64,000 bases of DNA from Bugula neritina (Eukaryota > Animalia > Bryozoa), in NCBI GenBank assembly GCA_964035545.1, contig OZ037768.1:9766741-9830740 (forward strand). The letters run 5' to 3'. A program made the translations under genes and the position numbers. The number at the start of each line of letters is the position of its first letter. Within the stretch, counting starts at the first letter, position 1. The notes beneath the pieces were generated by a model, which was given only the letters and a program-made list of their open reading frames with translations, ran no database searches and was not told the DNA's origin. This document shows positions 53,901 through 64,000 of this stretch, in pieces.

Positions 53901-56900
53901 ATTTATGCTGTTTTATTTTTCTTTTTAAAATTATGATAATAAAAATTTTGAAAACCTAATATTTTGAAGAATGTAGAAAACCCAGGATTCAATACAAGTT
54001 TTCAAAACTATTAATACTATACTTTCTTTATTGTTCTTCCAACCTTTATTCATTCTGCCCACTATCCTTGTATTTACTTGTTGCTTATAAGCAAAGTTTC
54101 TATTGATGAAGTTATTATAAGTAAGCGTTATGATCTTCAAGCATAGGCTCTGTCAGATATGCTTGCTCAGTTGCCACTCTAATTTGCTGAAATCTGTTTT
54201 CATAGCCATTGGTTTAGCAGCTATATAAATGTTAAATTCATGCCCATGCAGCATCACTTTAGACTTCCGAAAAAATGCAGTCTTTGAATCTTGGCATGTG
54301 ATTGATAGCTTAAATGCTCATGAGTTCATCTGTTTTTTAAAATCCAGCATTTTTATAAAAGTCAGTTTCTTGGATTGAAGTCTACCACATTGTCTCAGAT
54401 TTATAGATTGCTAGACACCCCAAGGTTTATCTTCCCCCAGTGCCAAAAAATCAATTGCTTGCAAGTGGTGAGGCTGCAGATAATTCACGTGTCGTTGTGG
54501 GAGCAGTCAGGTGTTTTGGTTCTCAAAACATACTAAGTTTTTAAAGCAATATGCTATGTTTCTTAAAGGCATCTCAGTTTCGACCGTCAGTGTGTCCTCA
54601 TGGTAGCAGACTTATCATGCCTGGATGAGCACTGAATGTAGTATATGCATGTAATTATTAGTGCTTTAAATTATAAATTGACTTAAAAGTCATTGAAACT
54701 CCTGTAATAAAATAACTCTAAATCTCCCATGTTTCGTGCCTTGAACCTAGTTTTCTGCTGATCCACAAGGTCTATAGTTTAGAGTTGTCTTGCTAAAAAG
54801 TTTTCCTTGGTGTGTACAAGCCTATTTTCAATATCCATAGTTAATAGATTTTGAATCGGGTTTTATTTTGTAAGTCATGAAATCGGATTCATGCAAGATG
54901 TTCTGTTAACCCATTTAATGCTAATTGTTAGCTTGCTGAGTTGAATGAGCTGACAGAAAAGAGAATTGAGGAGTTGAAGCAGCAGCTCAATCAGCAGCAA
55001 AGTCTTCATGCTGCCGACATCAAGCAAGAAGCCGAGAAAGTAAAAAATCAGGAAATTAAAGACCTGCAAGCTAAATTTGAAAAAGTAAATAAAATCAACA
55101 TAATATTTTAACATTTGTTAATCTTTCAGATTAAAATATTGTAGCTTGAAATTGATAAGTTTGAATTTGCTATGCATTGTGTCTCTATTCACAGGAGTGT
55201 GACAGTATACGGTCTGACATGGATGCTGCTCATCAAGCACAGTTTGATGATATGATGAAGATGCAAATGAAGCAAGTTGAGAAAGAAAAAATGGCTGCAC
55301 AGGTCTGTGTTTGCATTATAGTACTCTGTATGCCACTTGTGTCCGTGCCGAGTGTGTCCTTTTTGAAGTGTGGTGTAGTTTATTGTTTTCAAGTTTGGCT
55401 TTGCATTTATATGTGCAGGCTGCTATGGAAGAACATCTTGAAAGATTGAGAATGTCGATGGAGCAGAGCCATGCTGATGAAATAAAGCAGTTATCTGACA
55501 GAGCAAACATTGATAAGGCACACGCTCTTGAAACATTGCGGCACCAACTTGATGCTGAGCATGTGCTACAGGTTAGCACTCTTCGAGAGGAATTAGATGT
55601 AAAGTTGCACCAGGCCTTAGAAGACCATCAGATTATGGTGGACAGGATTCAAGGTAAGCTGGAGACATTTATGACACTCTCTCGCATAGTTGAAGGTTGC
55701 CATAATCTATGTACCACTAAGGGTTTCCATTGTTTCTCTGTATGACTATGTTGTTTTAGCTAGTACTTGCATATTTTCTCAACATGCTAATGCATTTTAG
55801 CTTGTTCTGGGCAGATTTTGCGTATTTTTGCACAAAATGTAACAAATTCATCATTTTGTTTGAGCTAGTTGTAGTGCATTTTGTGTATCAACCGTTATTG
55901 ATTCTATTTCTATTGTAGCCCAGCATAGCCTAGAAATATCAGAAGCTAAGTTTGACAGTTTAGATAAGCTTGTCAAAAATCATGAGATACAGCTGAAGGT
56001 ATTTGACCCGCAGTTTTACAATAGAATGTATTTTCTACACACTGTATTTCCTCGAACAATAATGCCCAATGACTGTCTGCTGATACACTGATCCTTGGGT
56101 TGCAGGCTGTTGAGGAGCGACACAAAGAAGAGTTGTCTGCCCTCACTGAGCAGTTCACTCAGGAAAAACAGTCTCTACTATCCGAACACTCGGAGCAGCT
56201 GAAGACAGCTCGAGCACAGCTGGTTATCAGCCGCTCTCTGGAACAGGACTACCAGCAGCTCAGGAGTGACTTGGACAGACTGAAGATGGAGAAAGACATC
56301 AACTCAAATATTATGAAGCAGCTAGAAGCTGAAAGGGATGCTTTATTACAACAAGCCGTGGGTATGTCTTTATAGTAGGAAAACATGAAGTTATCACTTT
56401 ACTACTGTATGAGGTTTATTACAATTATTTTTATTAAGATTGCATTTGCTTTGTTTTCATGAAAAGACAATTTCACACATATAATAAGTATTGAACTTGA
56501 ACTTGAATTATGCAGTCGTAGTAAACTACATAGAGCTACTGTTTGATATATTATGCCAAGTGGTTTTCATGTTACGGGACATGTTACGACATTCTTTGTG
56601 TCATATGATATATTATGGCATTTTTCATAATACAGAATCTCGAGAAAAAATAACCGCAGTTCACGACGAGGAAATGTCTGAATTACGGGAGTTCTTTGAA
56701 GAAAAGCTGCTAATAACTGAACAGTCGTATAATGAAGAGCTAACTATGCTGAGGGAACAGCATGAACTAGAATTATGTAAATACTGTTACTACATATTCT
56801 CCATTGTAAAATATATACACACGTGTGTACTCATCATATATACAGTACATTTGATAACTTGTCTACTACTACTAACGACTAAAACTTCAGCTGTAGACTG

Positions 56901-59900
56901 ATATTACATTTTTATCACTCTAAATAATCTATATTTCTTAAAAAATTTATAGATAATTTTCACAGCTGTAGACCAAGTTATTACTTTAGATAAACTATGT
57001 TTCCTAAAACCATTATTATATATGTATGCTTTTTCACAGTCTTTTAGTTATTTAACTTACTTATGACAGTGCAAGGCAACTCTCCCCGTGGAGCCTACAG
57101 TAAGCCTTACCACACTGGGGACTCCATGACTGAGTCCTTACAGGCCAAAGAAAGGGAGAAGAGCAGAGTCTACCATACAATGACCGTATTGAGTGACCTT
57201 GAAAGCAGTGAAGGGTCGGTTTCATTAATAAAAATATCTACACGTGTTTTTTAAATGCTGTTCTATGAGCCGTGCATAATCATTTCAAACTTTCTTGTAG
57301 CCCTTTTGAAGAGATAATGTTATATTTCTGTGTGGTAATTTTGCCGAAATAAGTTGAGTTTATATTTTGAAACGATAAATCTATACGTGTTGTAATGAAT
57401 GTTTTCATGATAATATTTACATCAGTAATACTAATTTAACTCGCTAATTAGGTTTAATAACAAGAACACCAGATCAAATAGTTTGTTTATATTTTGGTGG
57501 AATGCATTTTTCAAAGTTGAACTGTTGAACTTCCATTGTTCAAGTAACCATATTATTATCTATTAAATTATTGGTGTGTATATATCTAGTGTTAAATTTA
57601 ATTTTGGTATACATTTTTAACAAAACAAATGCATGACAAGTATATATCAATCAAATGTGATGCAAGCATTTATCTACAAAGTTGAGTCTTCAAGTGGGCA
57701 TGTAGTGTCAATTTTCTTTTATTGCAAAATTTTAATTATTTTGTATGTTACTTTTTCAAGATCTCCCCCAAGAATGTCTCTGGGTGATATGGAAGATTCC
57801 ATTGTCAAGGAAAAGTCTCAAAGAATCAGTGAGTTGGAATCAGAAATAGAAGATTTGACAGCCAAAGTTGTGAAGGCAGAGAATCATTTTGAACAGCAGA
57901 AGTCTCGGGCTGAAACGCTTTCAAAAGAAGTGAGTGGTCTTACGATTATCATAATATGTTATGAAGTATTCTAATTGAGATACTTAGGTAGCTTACGTTG
58001 ATATTCTTGCAGTCAATCATTTATAGTGTTTTAATGTTTGTGCAATTAGAAAGAAGCGTTGATATCCGAGCTGAACATAGCGAGGAATGAAATGTTGAAA
58101 CTAGCAGAACAGACAGACAAGAATGAGCAATCAGTGGCTGAGCTGAAAAACTTACACCAAAAGGAAGTACGTACCTTCATCCTTCTATCACAACTTATTC
58201 ATCGTTCAATAACTCGGGTACTACTATGTAAGAAACCATGGTTTTTATTAAAGTTGCTTTTCCTGGAAAAAACCCCTGATAATTTTTGAATGACTTGTTC
58301 CTATTGTGGCAAAGGAACAATTATAACCGAATGCCCTTCTTGACCTCACCAATGGCCTTTACTGGGATCTGAACTCATGACCAGTGTCATACTTGGCAAG
58401 CACTTTAATTACTAGACCGCTGCTGCTCCTCTTATGAAATAGGATATACGCTATTATGTTATTGTTTGTAGAAGGTATATATTATTTCTAGAGAATTTAT
58501 ATTATTCTGTGTAGATGGAAATGGAAAAAGCTTCGTTGATTCAACTGGCGAAAGAGATAGGAGAGAAACATTCCGAGGAGATAGCTAAATGCAAGTTTGA
58601 AATTGCCAGCATAACTGGGCATTTGGTATGTTTTTGTAAGGACAACATATTTCGATAATCGACTTTTTTGCGTTTTAATTAGAACTGCCTTCATCAACTG
58701 GGTTCTCTCTGCTTGTCCACATTTGTCTAGGCCTGTGCTCGAACCATTAGACCACAGCTGCTCCCATTTGTAATATTCAAATAATATCTTTAAATATTAA
58801 TACACTGTAGTGATATATTTAAACTGTAGATTGAAAAAGAGGCTCTCCTGAATGAAGCCTATCACAAGGCTGCAGCTAAACAGGATGAGCTAAAGTCAGA
58901 GTTCAAGCAGACAGTTGCTGACCTCTGCTCTACTCACGAGCAGCAGATGAGCAGTCAGCTGTCGCAGCTCAGAGAGTCCCTGGAGGCGGAACATGCTGTT
59001 GCTCTAGAACAACTCACACAGCGTCTCCAGGACTCCAAACAGCAATCTGTAGATTCTTTAGCTGAGCAACACGGTGCACAGATTTCTGAGCTAAATTCAG
59101 AAATAAGTTCTCTTAGAAGCCAAGTAAGTTGTCCTCTAATGCTAATGGTATATTTATCCACTTGCTGCTCAATATACTTGCATGCTTGTTGTAATATTAT
59201 CCTGAAACATAATTTTCACTGAAAGCTGCACTGATATTTTATATATTTGTAACGTGCTAATACTTCTATAAATACTATAATACTAATACTTCTATGGAGA
59301 TGTGTTAATGCTTTCAGATGGAGGCAGTAAAGGCAAATCATACTGATAATTTGAATCAGTTAGAAAATGAGTATAAAATAGTCTTAGATGCTGTCCAGTC
59401 AGAGAAACAAGAAGTAAGTGAGCTTGAGTCTACAGTGTAAATCAATTAGTAGGCAATTAGCAGTTGGCAATTCACACAGCCTCTTGTATTTAGACCTGGA
59501 GATGTTACATCTGTTGTTGATTATAGACTTTCCTTGTATATGGCTGCCATTTTATCCTTCCAACGTTTACACTGTTGTACATGTAGATGCATGTAGATCT
59601 CAATGCAATGTACATGAATTAGTGTTGAAATTATGGGCCATGCCCTTCATTTAAAAATATTTTCAAGGATATGTTGTATGCAACACAAAATCATCGATAA
59701 GACAATATTGTAATTAGTTTCCACGGAAACACCCTTTCTAATTATTTATGTATTATTTAGGTAGAGGATTCGTTGATGAAAGTCACAGAAGAGTACAGCT
59801 CACTGAAAAAATGTAACTATTATATTTATTGCTTATATACTGGATATGTGTTTAGATTTACTAACTGTCCATTCTTTTTCCTGAACATAATTTTGTAAAA

Positions 59901-62900
59901 TGTAAAGCAGTCTGCAGTGGAAATTTGCTTTGCTCTGCCACTGAGCTATAGAGGCTTGTTGTCACAACATTGATAAGTTATGTTTATTATAGGCTTGTTT
60001 ATTATAGGCTGTTTGTGGTCAGTTCTGATTTTTGTTGCTCATCCATTGCCAATTTTGACACATTTTTACTCATTTGACAGCTCTTGAAAATGGCGAGGCA
60101 CCAGCTCTCGTCTCACTGAGGCAGGATTTAGAATCTCTCCATAAAGAGGAAATGGATGAATTGCGCTCAGAGTACGACACGGCCATTGCTAGTCTCACCG
60201 AAAGACATCAAGAAGAGGTTGCTAAATTCCAAGTGGATATCGAGGCACAATCCAATGAGTAAGGCTATAGCCTTAGATTGCGCAGTTTTTATCTGGATTT
60301 CTAAGCATATAGAAATCAGCATTTAGAAATCAATACATGTTTAGTAAAATTTTGGAATCATTGAAACTCTAGATTAGAAGCGTTGAAACACTAACAATAC
60401 AGCTACATTTTTGATGATCAGTTTGCAAGAGAGATAGCAAGATGAATAGTTTGATGAACCTGCTGTGTCGAATCTGTTTTAATGAGCACGTTTGTTGTTA
60501 CAGGTTACTCAAAGAGTCTCTGGAGCAGAAACAAGCTGATGTCAAGGCTGTTATAAAAGAATATGAAGCTAAGGTGGAAGAAACTCAAGCTAAGATGAGA
60601 CAGGAACATAATACGGTGGTGAGTATTCTGGTGTCATTAGTCACCATGTCTGTCCTGAACATTATCCAACTGCTTATCATTAGGATACTCCGGATGGGAA
60701 ACTTTTTTGTATTTGAAAGGAAAGATAGGCAGCTGATGATGCTGCCATTTCTACTGCTTTTGTTGCTGCCACAAATTTCATTTTTCTTCAACATAGCTTG
60801 TTCATTATGCACATTCTTTTTGTATCTAACATGATTTTAATTTTGTGCATTCGTTATTTTATTTACGTAATATTCTACGTTTATTTTTTTTCATAGCTGG
60901 AGGAAATGAGGCTTCAGTGTGAGAGAGATATAGAGACTGAGAAACTAGCCCTAGCTTCTAGGTTAGAGGAGGCCCAAGGTGATTATGACAGGCAAATAAA
61001 GAGCTGCGAGTTGCAAGTTATTGAGAGATTTGAAAAAGCCGAGGCTGACCTAAAGGTATTACAAATAAAACTGTAATTTTGATGGTTTTAATTGTGTGTG
61101 GATCTTCTTTTTTTACAGTGAGCACAGGTGTAGTTTTCAATGCCAAGTAATTGAGACTCAATTAGAGTTGCAAAGTTTTTGTGTTTCTGTACAATAAATG
61201 TAATCAAAGCAGTGTATGCTTTTTACTTTAATCTGCAGTTTGTAGTTTTTGTATAATCATTTGGTTATGAAAGTTATAGAGCGTTTAAATTGTGTGGTAT
61301 TTGATGAAATATCTACAGTCTTGCCTAATGCTTCAATTTATTGGTTGGTTGAGCTAATCTGCTGCCTTCTGTATTGCAGGAACACCAGTCTACCATTGAC
61401 ATGCTGGCTGATGAAATCCAAACTCTTGAAGCTGACAAGATGTACCAGTCAGGTTGCTGTCTTACGTTTATATAAGATGTTGTGAGATTTGTGATTATTT
61501 TCATCAAAATACTCTTAAAAATGTATAGACTATAGAATATCCTAGTCAAGGAACTGTGTCATAAATTCAATGAACTAGAAGCTATCTCCACATAGCCTAA
61601 GTTTGAGAAAGATAAAATTGTTCAGTACAAGTGTGACAAGAGACAATCAAGTTATACAGAAATTTGGGTTTAAAAAAATTTGTTTGATCACCCCATCATT
61701 GAACTTGGAAATCTAACTTTTCGAATTGATTTTTGATTTCATTTTCATGTTATGTATTATAGTGATTTTCTAGTAGATTGTAGGTTTTAAATTATCAATC
61801 TGTTGGTTTGTTCAGGTGTTATTGAGCAGCTAAAGGAGAAGTACAGAGTAGATCTAGATGAAGGTGTGTACCATATACTTTGTGTAATTATTATACTTTG
61901 TGTAGAACATGAGCAGTTATAATATTTATTACTGCATAGCTGTGTGTAGCTGATTCTTTAATGTTGGCTTCAATATGCAGTTAAATGAAGTATTGTTTGA
62001 TTTTGATGTATATGTGGGTTAAAGTGGGCTATTCAATTGGAAATGTTTGAAAAAACATCTTTGTACTCACATTCTACTGAGAGAAGCATAGTGCTTATGA
62101 TTTTGGTTGCAATCTATATTCTATATAAAGCTACAAAGTTGTTTAGTTTTACTGGAAATATATTTTTATAGCTGGATTGCATGTATACTCTAAGTATATT
62201 AGTATATGTACATATATACATATTATATACTCTAAGTAGATTAGTGTATGTACATATATACATATTATATACTCTACAGTATATTACTATATGTACATAT
62301 ATACATATTATATACTCTACAGTCTATTACTGCTATAGGCAACTATTACTGCAGCCTTCCAGGTGTGCAATTCTTAAGCCTTTTATTCATCTCTTATATA
62401 AGTGAGTTTGAAACTGTTTAAATTTTGAAAACTAACGGTTGAATAAATTTAATGATATAATGGCTAAAAAGCTCATTTATCTGAAGTAGCTTGGCTAATG
62501 ATAAAGAGTACAACAGCGATACACTCTTCTCTTTAGTGCTGTCGAGTGATTGTTCAACTTTATATGAGCTACTGTCAAATAAAAGCTATTTAATCTTATG
62601 AGAAAATATTTATAAATATTTCTGTAGCTCAACAGAAGGCTGATGACTTGGATGCCGCACATGTAGAAGAGTTGAAGATTTTAGCAGACGAACACGACTT
62701 GCAGTTACAGCAGCTGCGAGATAAACTAGCCAGTCAGCTGGATGCTATGTCTACAGAGTTATCCGACCTCCAGGCTAACCACGAGGGGGAGTTACTTCAA
62801 CTGAGAGCTGCACATAATAAATTGATGGAAGAAGCGTTGCTTGAGCAACATAACAACACGGAGCAGGATATACTTTTGAGGAATGAGGCTATGGAGTCTG

Positions 62901-63067
62901 AAAGAGAGGCTTGGGAAGCCGAGAGAGAGGCTCATGAAGCCGAGGTGCAGGCCTTGGAGCATCAAATAAATCTGGAGAGACAAGAATACAAGTCTAAGGT
63001 GGAGTCTCACAGCTCCGTTGTTAGAGATCTAGAAAAGCAGTTGCTGAATGAAAGAACTCTGGCTAAG
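38984..63067 (+). CDS. Giant multi-exon coiled-coil protein, pericentrin/AKAP9(PLP)-like, 3' incomplete (continues past the window). Exon 1 is 38984-39046, exon 2 is 41373-41471, large exons lie at ~46820-49255 and ~51642-53311, and the last visible exon is ~62628-63067
   Basis: The N-terminus MADVDSKAAEKAKKVAAAKKK|LAAYRKSK resembles the N-terminal motif shared by PCNT/AKAP9 and GM130. More than 30 in-frame E/Q/L/K heptad exons follow, and the segment HDEEMSELREFFEEK resembles PLP-type proteins. No PACT domain is visible in this window, so a golgin identity is not excluded. Confidence 0.75.
39060..39830. repeat. Degenerate hexamer tract in intron 1 of the pericentrin-like gene
   Basis: actgtt/agtgtt/actatg/actaag runs begin just after the exon 1 donor at 39047. 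Confidence 0.8.
44985..45480. mobile_element. hAT-like MITE in an intron of the pericentrin-like gene
   Basis: TIR CAGGGTTGGGGT / ACCCCAACCCTG, 8-bp TSD GTTTCCAG vs GTTCCCAA (6/8), and dense subterminal AATTAC/GTAATT repeats. Confidence 0.8.
53950..54450 (-). mobile_element. Possible highly decayed RTE-like LINE remnant
   Basis: The minus-strand peptide QVNTRIVGRMNKGW...LKTCIESWVFY resembles the post-RT region of RTE-type ORF2. The boundaries are uncertain. Confidence 0.3.
58290..58430 (-). mobile_element. tRNA-derived SINE 5' portion, copy 2, with a third fragment at ~58735-58765
   Basis: Shares gaatgc.cttc, tcaccaatggccttt, catgac and ctagacc.c.gctgctcc with 21825-21960. TAGACCACAGCTGCTCCC recurs at ~58748. 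Confidence 0.7.
62184..62322. repeat. ~42-43-bp intronic minisatellite, ~3.3 copies
   Basis: Unit tatactctaagtatattagtatatgtacatatatacatatta. Confidence 0.85.
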
Positions 63068-64000
63068 GTAAGGGCTACCATGTGTATATTTTGTTATGTA
63101 TGTTCTGTAACAACTTAATGAGAAAGTATATATTATGAAACTTATTAGCAGCTGGTAATCCTACATTATTTTTTTCTAGGCTTCACACTTTCTACGCTGT
63201 GAAAATGACTTAGTCGTAAATTATTACTACTACTTTAGGCTGTTCAGCCATTTTCATTAGTGTTAAAATGGCTTTTTATTTTCATTTGTAGCCTGTGTTT
63301 AAAACTACATTTTATGGTACAATATCTCATTATAATTCCCTTGCTGTGTTTGCTAGTGTCAAATTGCAATAATTTTGATTTAATAGAGACTTTTTGCTGC
63401 ATAAAAGATCCTCTTTGCTAAAATAATACAAGTTTGCCCTACTTGTTTTGCTGTAATTGTTTAAGCCATTACCTCTTGTGTATAGTATGCTATTTACTTG
63501 TTGTGAATTGTTTATGCATTCATAGCTTGCGTTGTATTGAATGAAGAGTTAATATCACTCGCTAGCAGCATACACTGTGCTAGAGACCGCCCATTCATTA
63601 ACTAGGTGTTGGCGTGGGCAGCCGTGCCGTTCCTATCTGTTCAAACAATGCTAATAATACACACTAGATAGAGTAAGCTTACTTTTATTTAGCTAGATAG
63701 TTTAGTGTTAATAGAATATTGCTATCAATCGTCAGTTTTATTAAATTTAAATTAAGTTTTATCACCTTCAGTGAGTTGTTTGGGCTTTACACTGTCTGAT
63801 TGATTGGTGCAGTAGTTTGTTTGCTGAAGCTGCCTAGTACTGAGCTGAAGTGGTAGTAACAGCTAACTTAGATAGCCTCTTCTGGTACATCTGGTGTACC
63901 ACATGACTACTGCTACATACTGAGTTGTGTTATGGTAAGATAACTTGTATGAATGGTTAGTGTAAGGAATTACTGTGTCGTATCAGGAGACATCCTCTGT

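Noticed and set aside
6824-57760. AAG 3' splice sites (6826, 28612, 44350, 57760)
   Set aside because: About four of ~75 introns is within the ordinary minor usage.
62184-62322. CRISPR-like periodicity
   Set aside because: The units are contiguous with no unique spacers, the context is a eukaryotic intron, and there are no cas genes.
47349-63010. Many antisense ORFs over the coiled-coil exons
   Set aside because: These are expected shadows of E/Q/L/K-rich coding sequence.
4098-63067. Functional clustering of cytokinesis/centrosome genes (RACGAP1, PPM1H, pericentrin-like)
   Set aside because: They are interleaved with unrelated genes and have separate promoters; there is no evidence beyond coincidence.

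Overview
This is AT-rich, intron-dense genomic DNA from an invertebrate animal (GT-AG introns, metazoan genes); no CRISPR array, rRNA or intact tRNA was found. Hand splicing gives six genes: RACGAP1 (+, 4098-8156), KNOP1/SMAP-family (+, 10052-13062), an unidentified ~418-aa coiled-coil/basic protein (-, 13629-15155), PPM1H-like PP2C phosphatase (+, 21409-30815), mitochondrial ATP synthase gamma (+, 32860-37237) and a giant pericentrin/AKAP9-like coiled-coil gene (+, from 38984 past the window end). Mobile elements include an internally deleted Tc1/mariner, Harbinger-, hAT- and MULE-like MITEs, a 24-bp TIR-only hAT-like relic, a solo LTR, a young 5'-truncated LINE and tRNA-like SINE heads. The most striking unexplained structure is a 0.6-1.6 kb degenerate hexamer-periodic tract (AGTAAG/ACTCAT/AGTTAT/ACTAAC-type units) at the 5' end of each of the five conserved genes. 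The tracts follow a short ordinary-complexity promoter core, and several contain long palindromes with 1-nt centres. No such tract was seen in internal introns. All coordinates were read by eye and have not been checked computationally.
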